From contig OZ024743.1 of NCBI GenBank assembly GCA_964016885.1, positions 137,578,001 through 137,642,000 of the forward strand: a stretch of 64,000 nt of DNA, in the 5' to 3' direction. Positions 10,101-23,900 of this stretch are shown here, in pieces. A program made the translations under genes and the position numbers. The notes below the pieces were generated by a model that did not search any database, was not told where the DNA came from, and saw nothing but the letters and a program-made list of their open reading frames with translations. The stretch is from Eledone cirrhosa. Lineage: Eukaryota. The first letter of the stretch is position 1; the number at the start of each line of letters is the position of its first letter.

Positions 10101-13100
10101 TGCTTGGTGTTTGGTGTTTGGTGTTTGATGCTTGGTGTTTTATGCTTGGTGCTTGGTGTTTGGTGCTTGGTGTTTGTATTTGGTGCTTGGTGCTTGGTGT
10201 TTTGAGCTTGGTTCTTGGTGTTTGGTGTTTGGTGCTTGGTACTTGGTGCTTGGTGTTTGGTGCTTGGTGCTTGGTGTTTGGTGTTTGGTGCCTGGTGCTT
10301 GGTGTTTGGTGTTTGGTGCTTGGTGTTTGTTGCTTGGTACTTGGTGCATGGTGTTTGGTGCTGGGTGCTTGGTGTTTGGTGCTTGGTGTTTGGTGCTTGG
10401 TGCTTGGTGTTTGGTGTTTGGTGTTTGATGCTTGGTGTTTTATGCTTGGTGCTTGGTGTTTGGTGCTTGGTGTTTGTACTTGGTGCTTGGTGCTTGGTGT
10501 TTTGTGCTTGGTTCTTGGGGTTTGGTGTTTGGTGCTTGGTACTTGGTGCTTGGTGCTTGGTGTTTGGAGCTTGGTGCTTGGTGTTTGGTGCTTGGTGCTT
10601 GGTGTTTGGTGTTTGGTCCTTGGTGCTTGGTGCTTGGTGTTTAGTGCTTGGTGCTTGGTGTTTGTTGTTAGGTGCTTTCTGTTTGCTGCTTGGTGTTTGC
10701 TGCTTGGTGCTTGGTGCTTGGTGTTTGGTGTTTGGTGCTAGGTGCTTGGTGTTTGGTGTTTGGTGTTTGATGCTTGGTGTTTGGTGCTTGGTGTTTGGTG
10801 CTTGGTGCTTGGGGCTTGGTGTTTGGTGCTTGGTGCTTGGTGCTTGGTGTTTGGTGCTTGGTGCTTGGTGTTTGGTGTTTGGTGTTTGGTGCTTGGTGCT
10901 TGGTGTTTGGTGCTTGGTGCTTGGTGCTGGGTGGTTGGTATTTGGTGCTTGGTGCTTGGTGTTTGGTGCTTGGTGCTTGGTGCTTGGTGTTTGGTGCTTG
11001 GTGCTTGGTGCTTGGTCTTTGGTGCTTGGTGTTTGGTGTTTGGTGCTTGGTGCTTTGTGTTTGGTGCTTGGTGATTAGTGTTTGGTGCTTGGTACTTGGT
11101 GTTTGGTGCTTGGTGTTTGGTGTTTGCTGTTTGGTGTTTGGTGTTTGGTGTTTGCTGTTTGGTGTCTGCTTTTTGGTGTTTGGTGTTTGCTGTATGGTGT
11201 TTGCTGTTTCGTGTTTGGTGTTTGCTGTTTGGTGTTTGGTGTTTGCTGTTTGGTGTTTGGTCTTTGGTGCTTGGTGTTTGGTGCTTGGTGCTTGGTGTTT
11301 GGTGTTTGGTGCTTGGTGTTTGGTGTTTGGTGCTTGGTGCTTGGTGCTTGGTGTTTGGTGCTTGGTGTCTGGTGCTTGGTGTCTGGTGCTTGGTGTTTGT
11401 ACTTGGTGCTTGGTGCTTGGTGTTTTGTGCTTGGTTCTTGGTGTTTGGTGTTTGGTGCTTGGTACTTGGTGCTTGGTGTTAGGTGTTTGGTGCTTGGTGC
11501 TTGGTGTTTGGTGTTTGGTCCTTGGTGCTTGGTGCTTGGTGTTTAGTGCTTGGTGCTTGGTGTTTGTTGTTTGGTGCTTTCTGTTTGCTGCTTGGTGTTT
11601 GCTGCTTGGTGCTTGGTGCTTGGTGTTTGGTGTTTGGTGCTAGGTGCTTGGTGTTTGGTGTTTGGTGTTTGATGCTTGGTGTTTGGTGCTTGGTGTTTGG
11701 TGCTTGGTGCTTGGGGCTTGGTGTTTGGTGCTTGGTGCTTGGTGCTTGGTGTTTTGTGCTTGGTGCTTGGTGTTTGGTGTTTGGTGTTTGGTGCTTGGTG
11801 CTTGGTGTTTGGTGCTTGGTGCTTGGTGCTGGGTGGTTGGTATTTGGTGATTGGTGCTTGGTGCTTGGTGTTTGGTGCTTGGTGCTTGGTGCTTGGTCTT
11901 TGGTGCTTGGTGTTTGGTGTTTGGTGCTTGGTGCTTTGTGTTTGGTGCTTGGTGATTAGTGTTTGGTGCTTGGTACTTGGTGTTTGGTGCTTGGTGTTTG
12001 GTGTTTGCTGTTTGGTGTTTGGTGTTTGGTGTTTGCTGTTTGGTGTCTGCTTTTTGGTGTTTGGTGTTTGCTGTATGGTGTTTGCTGTTTCGTGTTTGGT
12101 GTTTGCTGTTTGGTGTTTGGTGTTTGCTGTTTGGTGTTTGGTCTTTGGTGTTTGGTGTTTGGTGCTTGGTGCTTGGTGTTTGGTGTTTGGTGCTTGGTGC
12201 TTGGTGCTTGGTGTTTGGTGCTTGGTGTCTGGTGCTTGGTGTCTGGTGCTTGGTGTTTGGTGTTTGGTGTTTGGTGCTTGGTGTTTGGTGTTTGGTGTTT
12301 GGTGTTTGGTGCTTGTTGCTTGGTGCTTGGTGCTTGGTGTTTGGTGCTTGGTGCTTGGTGTTTGGTGCTGGGTGCTTGGTGTTTGGTGCTTGGTGCTTGG
12401 TGCTTGGTGTTTGGTGTTTGGTGTTATATGCTTGGTGTTTGATGCTTGGTGCTTGGTGCTTGGTGTTTGGTGTTTGGTGCTTGGTGTTTTATGCTTGGTG
12501 TTTGGTGCTTGGTGTTTGGTGCTTGGTGCTTGGGGCTTGGTGTTTGGTGCTTGGTGCTTGGTGCTTGGTGTTTGGTGCTTGGTGCTTGGTGTTTGGTGTT
12601 TGGTGTTTGGTGCTTGGTGCTTGGTGCTGGGTGGTTGGTATTTGGTGCTTGGTGCTTGGTGTTTGGTGCTTGGTGCTTGGTGCTTGGTGTTTGGTGCTTG
12701 GTGCTTGGTGCTTGGTCTTTGGTGCTTGGTGTTTGGTGTTTGGTGCTTGGTGCTTTGTGTTTGGTGCTTGGTGATTAGTGTTTGGTGCTTGGTACTTGGT
12801 GTTTGGTGCTTGGTGTTTGGTGTTTGCTGTTTGGTGTTTGGTGTTTGGTGTTTGCTGTTTGGTGTCTGCTTTTTGGTGTTTGGTGTTTGCTGTATGGTGT
12901 TTGCTGTTTCGTGTTTGGTGTTTGCTGTTTGGTGTTTGGTGTTTGCTGTTTGGTGTTTGGTCTTTGGTGCTTGGTGTTTGGTGCTTGGTGCTTGGTGTTT
13001 GGTGTTTGGTGCTTGGTGTTTGGTGTTTGGTGCTTGGTGCTTGGTGCTTGGTGTTTGGTGCTTGGTGTCTGGTGCTTGGTGTCTGGTGCTTGGTGTTTGG

Positions 13101-14979
13101 TGTTTGGTGCTTGGTGTTTGGTGTTTGGTGTTTGGTGTTTGGTGCTTGTTGCTTGGTGCTTGGTGCTTGGTGTTTGGTGCTTGGTGCTTGGTGTTTGGTG
13201 CTGGGTGCTTGGTGTTTGGTGCTTGGTGCTTGGTGTTTGGTGTTTGGTGCTTGGTGCTTGGTGTTTGGTGTTTGGTGTTATATGCTTGGTGTTTGGTGCT
13301 TGGTGCTTGGTGTTTGGTGTTTGGTTCTTGATGCTTGGTATTTGGTGCTTGGTGCTTGCTGCTTGGTGTTTTGTGCTTGGTGATTGATGCTTGGTGTTTG
13401 GTGCTTGGTGCTTGGTGTTTGGTTTTTGGTGCTAGGTGCTTGGTGCTTGGTGTTTGGTGCTTGGTGTTTGGTGTTTGGTGCTTGGTGCTTGGTGTTTGGT
13501 ACTTGGTGCTTGGTGCTTGGTGTTTGGTGCTTGGTGCTTGGTGTTTGGTGCTTGGTGCTTGGTGCTGGGTGGTTGGTGTTTGGTGCTTGGTGCTTGGTGT
13601 TTCGTGCTAGGTGCATGGTGCTTGGTGTTTGGTGCTTGGTGCTTGGTGCTTGGTCTTTGGTGTTTGGTGTTTAGTGCTTGGTGCTTGGTGCTTGGTGCTT
13701 GGTGCTTGGTCCTTGGTGTTTGGTGCTTGGTGCTTGGTGTTTGGTGTTTGGTGCTTGGTGCTTGGTGCTTCGTGTTTGGTGTTTGGTGCTTGGTGTCTGG
13801 AGATTGGTGTTTGGTGTTTGGTGCTTGGTGTTTGGTGTTTGGTGCTTGGTGCTTGGTGTTTGGTGCTTGGTGCTTGGTGTTTGTACTTGGTGCTTGGTGC
13901 TTGGTGTTTGGTGCTTGGTTCTTGGTGTTTGGTGCTTGGTGTTTGGAGCTTGGTGCTTGGTGTTTGGTGCTTGGTGCTTGGTGTTTGTACTTGGTGCTTG
14001 GTGCTTGGTGTTTGGTGCTTGGTTCTTGGTGTTTGGTGCTTGGTGTTTGGAGCTTGGTGCTTGGTGTTTGGTGCTTGGTGCTTGGTGTTTGGTGTTTGGT
14101 GCTTGGTGCTTGGTGTTTGGTGTTTGGTGCTTGGTGTTTGGTGTTTGGTGCTTGGTGCTTGGTGTTTGTTGCTTGGTACTTGGTGCATGGTGCTTGGTGT
14201 TTGGTCCTTGGTGTTTGGTGCTTGGTGCTTGGTGCTTGGTGTTTGGTGTTTGGTGCTTGGTGCTTGGTGTTTGGTGTTTGGTGTTATATGCTTGGTGTTT
14301 GGTGCTTGGTGCTTGGTGTTTGGTGTTTGGTTCTTGATGCTTGGTATTTGGTGCTTGGTGCTTGCTGCTTGGTGTTTGGTGCTTGGTGATTGATGCTTGG
14401 TGTTTGGTGCTTGGTGCTTGGTGTTTGGTTTTTGGTGCTAGGTGCTTGGTGCTTGGTGTTTGGTGTTTGGTGCTTGGTGCTTGGTGTTTGGTACTTGGTG
14501 CTTGGTGCTTGGTGTTTGGTGCTTGGTGCTTGGTGTTTGGTGTTTGGTGTTTGGTGCTTGGTGCTTGGTGTTTGGTGCTTGGTGCTGGGTGGTTGGTGTT
14601 TGGTGCTTGGTGCTTGGTGTTTTGTGCTAGGTGCATGGTGCCTGGTGTTTGGTGCTTGGTGCTTGGTGCTTGGTCTTTGGTGTTTGGTGTTTAGTGCTTG
14701 GTGCTTGGTGCTTGGTGCTTGGTGCTTCGTGCTTGGTCCTTGGTGTTTGGTGCTTGGTGCTTGGTGTTTGGTGTTTGGTGCTTGGTGCTTGGTGCTTCGT
14801 GTTTGGTGTTTGGTGCTTGGTGTCTGGAGCTTGGTGTTTGGTGTTTGGTGCTTGGTGCTTGGTGTTTGGTGCTTGGTGCTTGGTGCTTGGTGTTTGGTGC
14901 TTGGTGCTTGGTGCTTGGTCTTTGGTGCTTGGTGTTTGGTGTTTGGTGCCTGGTGCTTTGTGTTTGGTGCTTGGTGATT

Positions 14980-17900
14980 AGTGTTTGGTGCTTGGTACTT
15001 GGTGTTTGGTGCTTGGTGTTTGGTGTTTGCTGTTTGGTGTTTGGTGTTTGCTGTTTGCTGTTTGGTGTCTGCTTTTTGGTGTTTGGTGTTTGCTGTATGG
15101 TGTTTGCTGTTTCGTGTTTGGTGTTTGCTGTTTGGTGTTTGGTGTTTGCTGTTTGGTGTTTGGTCTTTGGTGCTTGGTGTTTGGTGCTTGGTGCTTGGTG
15201 TTTGGTGTTTGGTGCTTGGTGCTTGGTGCTTGGTGTTTGGTGCTTGGTGTCTGGTCCTTGGTGTCTGGTGCTTGGTGTTTGGTGTTTGGTGTTTGGTGCT
15301 TGGTGTTTGGTGTTTGGTGTTTGGTGTTTGGTGCTTGTTGCTTGGTGCTTGGTGCTTGGTGTTTGGTGCTTGGTGCTTGGTGTTTGGTGCTGGGTGCTTG
15401 GTGTTTGGTGCTTGGTGCTCGGTGCTTGGTGTTTGGTGTTTGGTGCTTGGTGCTTGGTGTTTGGTGTTTGGTGTTATATGCTTGGTGTTTGATGCTTGGT
15501 GCTTGGTGCTTGGTGTTTGGTGTTTGGTGCTTGGTGTTTTATGCTTGGTGTTTGATGTTTGGTGCTTGGTGCTTGGTGTTTGGTGCTTGGTGCTTGGTGT
15601 TTCTACTTGGTGCTTGGTGCTTGGTGTTTGGTTCTAGGTTCTTGGTGTTTGGTACTTGGTGCTTGGTGCTTGGTGCTTGGTGTTTGGTGCTTGGTGCTTG
15701 GAGTTTGGTGTTTGGTGCTTGGTGCTTGGTGTTTTGTGTTTGGTGTTTGGTTTTTGGTGCTTGGTGCTTGGTGCTTGGTGCTTGGTCCTTGGTGTTTGGT
15801 GCTCGGTGCTTGGTGTTTGTACTTGGTGCTTGGTGCTTGGTGTTTGGTTCTTGGTTCTTGGTGTTTGGTACTTGGTGCTTGGTGCTTGGTGTTTGGAGCT
15901 TGGTGCTTGGTGTTTGGTGTTTGGTGTTTGGTGCTTGGTGCTTGGTGCTTGGTCTTTGGTGCTTGGTGTTTGGTGTTTGGTGCTTGGTGCTTTGTGTTTG
16001 GTGCTTGGTGATTAGTGTTTGGTGCTTGGTACTTGGTGTTTGGTGCTTGGTGTTTGGTGTTTGCTGTTTGGTGTTTGGTGTTTGGTGTTTGCTGTTTGGT
16101 GTCTGCTTTTTGGTGTTTGGTGTTTGCTGTATGGTGTTTGCTGTTTCGTGTTTGGTGTTTGCTGTTTGGTGTTTGGTGTTTGCTGTTTGGTGTTTGGTCT
16201 TTGGTGCTTGGTGTTTGGTGCTTGGTGCTTGGTGTTTGGTGTTTGGTGCTTGGTGTTTGGTGTTTGGTGCTTGGTGCTTGGTGCTTGGTGTTTGGTGCTT
16301 GGTGTCTGGTGCTTGGTGTCTGGTGCTTGGTGTTTGGTGTTTGGTGTTTGGTGCTTGGTGTTTGGTGTTTGGTGTTTGGTGTTTGGTGCTTGTTGCTTGG
16401 TGCTTGGTGCTTGGTGTTTGGTGCTTGGTGCTTGGTGTTTGGTGCTGGGTGCTTGGTGTTTGGTGCTTGGTGCTTGGTGTTTGGTGTTTGGTGCTTGGTG
16501 CTTGGTGTTTGGTGTTTGGTGTTATATGCTTGGTGTTTGGTGCTTGGTGCTTGGTGTTTGCTGTTTGGTTCTTGATGCTTGGTATCTGGTGCTTGGTGCT
16601 TGCTGCTTGGTGTTTGGTGCTTGGTGATTGATGCTTGGTGTTTGGTGCTTGGTGCTTGGTGTTTGGTTTTTGGTGCTTGGTGCTTGGTGTTTGGTGCTTG
16701 GTGCTTGGTGCTGGGTGGTTGGTATTTGGTGCTTGGTGCTTGGTGTTTGGTGCTTGGTGCTTGGTGCTTGGTGTTTGGTGCTTGGTGCTTGGTGCTTGGT
16801 CTTTGGTGCTTGGTGTTTGGTGTTTGGTGCTTGGTGCTTTGTGTTTGGTGCTTGGTGATTAGTGTTTGGTGCTTGGTACTTGGTGTTTGGTGCTTGGTGT
16901 TTGGTGTTTGCTGTTTGGTGTTTGGTGTTTGGTGTTTGCTGTTTGGTGTCTGCTTTTTGGTGTTTGGTGTTTGCTGTATGGTGTTTGCTGTTTCGTGTTT
17001 GGTGTTTGCTGTTTGGTGTTTGGTGTTTGCTGTTTGGTGTTTGGTCTTTGGTGCTTGGTGTTTGGTGCTTGGTGCTTGGTGTTTGGTGTTTGGTGCTTGG
17101 TGCTTGGTGCTTCGTGTTTGGTGTTTGGTGCTTGGTGTCTGGAGCTTGGTGTTTGGTGTTTGGTGCTTGGTGTTTGGTGTTTCGTGCTTGGTGCTTGGTG
17201 TTTGGTGCTTGGTGCTTGGTGTTTGGTGCTTGGTGTTTGGTGCTTGGTTCTTGGTGTTTGGTGCTTGGTGTTTGGAGCTTGGTGCTTGGTGTTTGGTGCT
17301 TGGTGCTTGGTGTTTGTACTTGGTGCTTGGTGCTTGGTGTTTGGTGCTTGGTTCTTGGTGTTTGGTGCTTGGTGTTTGGAGCTTGGTGCTTGGTGTTTGG
17401 TGCTTGGTGCTTGGTGTTTGGTGTTTGGTGCTTGGTGCTTGGTGTTTGGTGTTTGGTGCTTGGTGTTTGGTGTTTGGTGCTTGGTGCTTGGTGTTTGTTG
17501 CTTGGTACTTGGTGCATGGTGTTTGGTGCTTGGTGCTTGGTGTTTTGTGCTTGGTGTTTGATGCTTGGTGTTTTATGCTTGGTGCTTGGTGTTTGGTGCT
17601 TGGTGTTTGTATTTGGTGCTTGGTGCTTGGTGTTTTGTGCTTGGGTCTTGGTGTTTGGTGTTTGGTGCTTGGTACTTGGTGCTTGGTGTTAGGTGTTTGG
17701 TCCTTGGTGCTTGGTGCTTGGTGTTTAGTCCTTGGTGCTTGGTGTTTGTTGTTTGGTGCTTTCTGTTTGCTGCTTGGTGTTTGCTGCTTGGTGCTTGGTG
17801 CTTGGTGTTTGGTGTTTGGTGCTAGGTGCTTGGTGTTTGGTGTTTGGTGTTTGATGCTTGGTGTTTGGTGCTTGGTGTTTGGTGCTTGGTGCTTGGGGCT

Positions 17901-20900
17901 TGGTGTTTGGTGCTTGGTGCTTGGTGCTTGGTGTTTGGTGCTTGGTGCTTGGTGTTTGGTGTTTGGTGTTTGGTGCTTGGTGCTTGGTGTTTGGTGCTTG
18001 GTGCTTGGTGCTGGGTGGTTGGTATTTGGTGCTTGGTGCTTGGTGTTTGGTGCTTGGTGCTTGGTGCTTGGTGTTTGGTGCTTGGTGCTTGGTGCTTGGT
18101 CTTTGGTGCTTGGTGTTTGGTGTTTGGTGTTTGGTGCTTTGTGTTTGGTGCTTGGTGATTAGTGTTTGGTGCTTGGTACTTGGTGTTTGGTGCTTGGTGT
18201 TTGGTGTTTGCTGTTTGGTGTTTGGTGTTTGCTGTTTGCTGTTTGGTGTCTGCTTTTTGGTGTTTGGTGTTTGCTGTATGGTGTTTGCTGTTTCGTGTTT
18301 GGTGTTTGCTGTTTGCTGTTTGGTGTTTGCTGTTTGGTGTTTGGTCTTTGGTGCTTGGTGTTTGGTGCTTGGTGCTTGGTGTTTGGTGTTTGGTGCTTGG
18401 TGCTTGGTGCTTGGTGTTTGGTGCTTGGTGTCTGGTGCTTGGTGTCTGGTGCTTGGTGTTTGGTGTTTGGTGTTTGGTGCTTGGTGTTTGGTGTTTGGTG
18501 TTTGGTGTTTGGTGCTTGTTGCTTGGTGCTTGGTGCTTGGTGTTTGGTGCTTGGTGCTTGGTGTTTGGTGCTGGGTGCTTGGTGTTTGGTGCTTGGTGCT
18601 TGGTGCTTGGTGTTTGGTGTTTGGTGCTTGGTGCTTGGTGTTTGGTGTTTGGTGTTATATGCTTGGTGTTTGATGCTTGGTGCTTGGTGCTTGGTGTTTG
18701 GTGTTTGGTGCTTGGTGTTTTATGCTTGGTGTTTGATGTTTGGTGCTTGGTGCTTGGTTTTTGGTGCTTGGTGCTTGGTGTTTCTACTTGGTGCTTGGTG
18801 CTTGGTTCTTGGTGTTTGGTGCTTGGTGCTTGGTGCTTGGTGCTTGGTGTTTGGTGCTTGGTGTTTGGTGCTTGGTGTTTGGTGCTTGTTGCCTGGTGCT
18901 TGGTGCTTGGTGCTTGGTGTTTGGTGCTTGGTGTTTGGTGCTTGGTATTAGGTGTTTGGTGCTTGGTGCTTGGTGTTTGGTGTTTGGTGCTTGGTGTTTG
19001 GTGCTTGGTGTTTGGTGTTTGGTGCTTGGTGTTTGGTGCTTGGTACTTGGTGCTTGGTGCTTGGTGTTAGGTGTTTGGTGCTTGGTGCTTGGTGTTTGGT
19101 TTTTGGTGCTTGGTGCTTGGTGTTTGGTATTTGGTGCTTGCTGCTGGCTGCTTGGTGTTTGGTGCTTGGTGATTGGTGCTTGGTGTTTGGTGCTTGGTGT
19201 TTGGTGTTTGGTACTAGGTGCTTGGTGCTTGGTGTTTGGTGCTTGGTGCTTGGTGTTTGGTGTTTGGTGATTGGTGCTTGGTGTTTGGTGTTTGCTGTTT
19301 GGTGTCTGCTTTTTGGTGTTTGGTGTTTGCTGTATGTTATTTGCTGTTTGGTGTTTGGTGTTTGGTGTTTGGTGCTTGGTGCTTGGTGTTTGGTGCTTGG
19401 TGCTTGGTGTTTGGTGCTTGGTGCTTGGGGCTTGGTGTTTGGTGTTTGGTGCTTGGTGCTTGGAGTTTGGTGTTTGGTGCTTGGTGCTTGGTGTTTTGTG
19501 TTTGGTGTTTGGTTTTTGGTGCTTGGTGCTTGGTGCTTGGTGCTTGGTCCTTGGTGTTTGGTGCTTGGTGCTTGGTGTTTGTACTTGGTGCTTGGTGCTT
19601 GGTGTTTGGTTCTTGGTTCTTGGTGTTTGGTACTTGGTGCTTGGTGCTTGGTGTTTGGTGCTTGGTGCTTGGTGTTTGGTGTTTGGTGTTTGGTGCTTGG
19701 TGCTTGGTGTTTGGTGCTTGGTGCTTGGTGCTGGGTGGTTGGTATTTGGTGCTTGGTGCTTGGTGTTTGGTGCTTGGTGCTTGGTGCTTGGTGTTTGGTG
19801 CTTGGTGCTTGGTGCTTGGTCTTTGGTGCTTGGTGTTTGGTGTTTGGTGCTTGGTGCTTTGTGTTTGGTGCTTGGTGATTAGTGTTTGGTGCTTGGTACT
19901 TGGTGTTTGGTGCTTGGTGTTTGGTGTTTGCTGTTTGGTGTTTGGTGTTTGGTGTTTGCTGTTTGGTGTCTGCTTTCTGGTGTTTGGTGTTTGCTGTATG
20001 GTGTTTGCTGTTTCGTGTTTGGTGTTTGCTGTTTGGTGTTTGGTGTTTGCTGTTTGGTGTTTGGTCTTTGGTGCTTGGTGTTTGGTGCTTGGTGCTTGGT
20101 GTTTGGTGTTTGGTGCTTGGTGTTTGGTGCTTGGTGCTTGCTGCTTGGTGTTTGGTGCTTGGTGGTTGATGCTTGTTGTTTGGTGCTTGGTGCTTGGTGT
20201 TTGGTTTTTGGTGCTAGGTGCTTGGTGCTTGGTGTTTGGTGTCTGGTGCTTGGTGCTTGGTGTTTGGTACTTGGTGCTTGGTGCTTGGTGTTTGGTGCTT
20301 GGTGCTTGGTGTTTGGTGTTTGGTGTTTGGTGCTTGGTGCTTGGTGTTTGGTGCTTGGTGCTGGGTAGTTGGGGTTTGGTGCTTGGTGCTTGGTGTTTTG
20401 TGCTAGGTGCATGGTGCCTGGTGTTTGGTGCTTGGTGCTTGGTGCTTGGTCTTTGGTGTTTGGTGTTTAGTGCTTGGTGCTTGGTGCTTGGTGCTTGGTG
20501 CTTGGTGCTTGGTCCTTGGTGTTTGGTGCTTGGTGCTTGGTGTTTGGTGTTTGGTGCTTGGTGCTTGGTGCTTCGTGTTTGGTGTTTGGTGCTTGGTGTC
20601 TGGAGCTTGGTGTTTGGTGTTTAGTGCTTGGTGTTTGGTGTTTGGTGCTTGGTGCTTGGTGTTTGGTGCTTGGTGCTTGGTGTTTGGTGCTTGGTGCTTG
20701 GTGCTTGGTCTTTGGTGCTTGGTGTTTGGTGTTTGGTGCCTGGTGCTTTGTGTTTGGTGCTTGGTGATTAGTGTTTGGTGCTTGGTACTTGGTGTTTGGT
20801 GCTTGGTGTTTGGTGTTTGCTGTTTGGTGTTTGGTGTTTGCTGTTTGCTGTTTGGTGTCTGCTTTTTGGTGTTTGGTGTTTGCTGTATGGTGTTTGCTGT

Positions 20901-23900
20901 TTCGTGTTTGGTGTTTGCTGTTTGGTGTTTGGTGTTTGCTGTTTGGTGTTTGGTCTTTGGTGCTTGGTGTTTGGTGCTTGGTGCTTGGTGTTTGGTGTTT
21001 GGTGCTTGGTGCTTGGTGCTTGGTGTTTGGTGCTTGGTGTCTGGTGCTTGGTGTCTGGTGCTTGGTGTTTGGTGTTTGGTGTTTGGTGCTTGGTGTTTGG
21101 TGTTTGGTGTTTGGTGTTTGGTGCTTGTTGCTTGGTGCTTGGTGCTTGGTGTTTGGTGCTTGGTGCTTGGTGTTTGGTGCTGGGTGCTTGGTGTTTGGTG
21201 CTTGGTGCTTGGTGCTTGGTGTTTGGTGTTTGGTGCTTGGTGCTTGGTGTTTGGTGTTTGGTGTTATATGCTTGGTGTTTGATGCTTGGTGCTTGGTGCT
21301 TGGTGTTTGGTGTTTGGTGCTTGGTGTTTTATGCTTGGTGTTTGATGTTTGGTGCTTGGTGCTTGGTGTTTGGTGCTTGGTGCTTGGTGTTTCTACTTGG
21401 TGCTTGGTGCTTGGTGTTTGGTTCTTGGTTCTTGGTGTTTGGTACTTGGTGCTTGGTGCTTGGTGTTTGGTGCTTGGTGCTTGGAGTTTGGTGCTTGGTG
21501 CTTGGTGCTTGGTGTTTTGTGTTTGGTGTTTGGTTTTTGGTTCTTGGTGCTTGGTGCTTGGTGCTTGGTCCTTGGTGTTTGGTGCTCGGTGCTTGGTGTT
21601 TGTACTTGGTGCTTGGTGCTTGGTGTTTGGTTCTTGGTTCTTGGTGTTTGGTACTTGGTGCTTGGTGCTTGGTGTTTGGTGCTTGGTGCTTGGTGTTTGG
21701 TGCTTGGTGCTTGGTGCTGGGTGGTTGGTATTTGGTGCTTGGTGCTTGGTGTTTGGTGCTTGGTGCTTGGTGCTTGGTGTTTGGTGCTTGGTGCTTGGTG
21801 CTTGTTCTTTGGTGCTTGGTGTTTGGTGTTTGGTGCTTGGTGCTTTGTGTTTGGTGCTTGGTGATTAGTGTTTAGTGCTTGGTACTTGGTGTTTGGTGCT
21901 TGGTGTTTGGTGTTTGCTGTTTGGTGTTTGGTGTTTGGTGTTTGCTGTTTGGTGTCTGCTTTTTGGTGTTTGGTGTTTGCTGTATGGTGTTTGCTGTTTC
22001 GTGTTTGGTGTTTGCTGTTTGGTGTTTGGTGTTTGCTGTTTGGTGTTTGGTCTTTGGTGCTTGGTGTTTGGTGCTTGGTGCTTGGTGTTTGGTGTTTGGT
22101 GCTTGGTGTTTGGTGTTTGGTGCTTGGTGCTTGGTGCTTGGTGTTTGGTGCTTGGTGTCTGGTGCTTGGTGTCTGGTGCTTGGTGTTTGGTGTTTGGTGT
22201 TTGGTGCTTGGTGTTTGGTGTTTGGTGTTTGGTGTTTGGTGCTTGTTGCTTGGTGCTTGGTGCTTGGTGTTTGGTGCTTGGTGCTTGGTGTTTGGTGCTG
22301 GGTGCTTGGTGTTTGGTGCTTGGTGCTTGGTGTTTGGTGTTTGGTGCTTGGTGCTTGGTGTTTGGTGTTTGGTGTTATATGCTTGGTGTTTGGTGCTTGG
22401 TGCTTGGTGTTTGCTGTTTGGTTCTTGATGCTTGGTATCTGGTGCTTGGTGCTTGCTGCTTGGTGTTTGGTGCTTGGTGATTGATGCTTGGTGTTTGGTG
22501 CTTGGTGCTTGGTGTTTGGTTTTTGGTGCTTGGTGCTTGGTGTTTGGTGCTTGGTGCTTGGTGCTGGGTGGTTGGTATTTGGTGCTTGGTGCTTGGTGTT
22601 TGGTGCTTGGTGCTTGGTGCTTGGTGTTTGGTGCTTGGTGCTTGGTGCTTGGTCTTTGGTGCTTGGTGTTTGGTGTTTGGTGCTTGGTGCTTTGTGTTTG
22701 GTGCTTGGTGATTAGTGTTTGGTGCTTGGTACTTGGTGTTTGGTGCTTGGTGTTTGGTGTTTGCTGTTTGCTGTTTGGTGTTTGGTGTTTGCTGTTTGGT
22801 GTCTGCTTTTTGGTGTTTGGTGTTTGCTGTATGGTGTTTGCTGTTTCGTGTTTGGTGTTTGCTGTTTGGTGTTTGGTGTTTGCTGTTTGGTGTTTGGTCT
22901 TTGGTGCTTGGTGTTTGGTGCTTGGTGCTTGGTGTTTGGTGTTTGGTGCTTGGTGTTAGGTGTTTGGTGCTTAGTGCTTGGTGCTTGGTGTTTGGTGCTT
23001 GGTGTCTGGTGCTTGGTGTCTGGTGCTTGGTGTTTGGTGTTTGGTGTTTGGTGCTTGGTGTTTGGTGTTTGGTGTTTGGTGTTTGGTGCTTGTTGCTTGG
23101 TGCTGGGTGGTTGGTATTTGGTGCTTGGTGCTTGGTGTTTGGTGCTTGGTGCTTGGTGCTTGGTGTTTGGTGCTTGGTGCTTGGTGCTTGGTCTTTGGTG
23201 CTTGGTGTTTGGTGTTTGGTGCTTGGTGCTTTGTGTTTGGTGCTTGGTGATTAGTGTTTGGTGCTTGGTACTTGGTGTTTGGTGCTTGGTGTTTGGTGTT
23301 TGCTGTTTGGTGTTTGGTGTTTGGTGTTTGCTGTTTGGTGTCTGCTTTTTGGTGTTTGGTGTTTGCTGTATGGTGTTTGCTGTTTCGTGTTTGGTGTTTG
23401 CTGTTTGGTGTTTGGTGTTTGCTGTTTGGTGTTTGGTCTTTGGTGCTTGGTGTTTGGTGCTTGGTGCTTGTTGTTTGGTGTTTGGTGCTTGGTGCTTGGT
23501 GCTTGGTGTTTTGTGCTTGGTGCTTGGTGTTTGGTGTTTGGTGTTTGGTGCTTGGTGCTTGGTGTTTGGTGCTTGGTGCTGGGTGGTTGGTGTTTGGTGC
23601 TTGGTGCTTGGTGTTTCGTGCTAGGTGCATGGTGCTTGGTGTTTGGTGCTTGGTGCTTGGTGCTTGGTCTTTGGTGTTTGGTGTTTAGTGCTTGTTGCTT
23701 GGTGCTTGGTGCTTGGTGCTTGGTCCTTGGTGTTTGGTGCTTGGTGCTTGGTGTTTGGTGTTTGGTGCTTGGTGCTTGGTGCTTCGTGTTTGGTGTTTGG
23801 TGCTTGGTGTCTGGAGCTTGGTGTTTGGTGTTTGGTGCTTGGTGTTTGGTGTTTCGTGCTTGGTGCTTGGTGTTTGGTGCTTGGTGCTTGGTGTTTGTAC

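Larger units (their letters stand above)
2398..16273 (+). repeat. Tandem higher-order duplication, period 6,943 bp (copy 1 ~2398-9330, copy 2 ~9341-16273)
   Basis: ORF-track entries recur with identical translations at offset 6,943 (2420/9363, 2689/9632, 4733/11676, 6493/13436, 8038/14981, 8713/15656). The length fits 985 heptamers plus the 8 hexamers I counted (2966, 3231, 3531, 4454, 6938, 7042, 8658, 8874). Confidence 0.93.
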
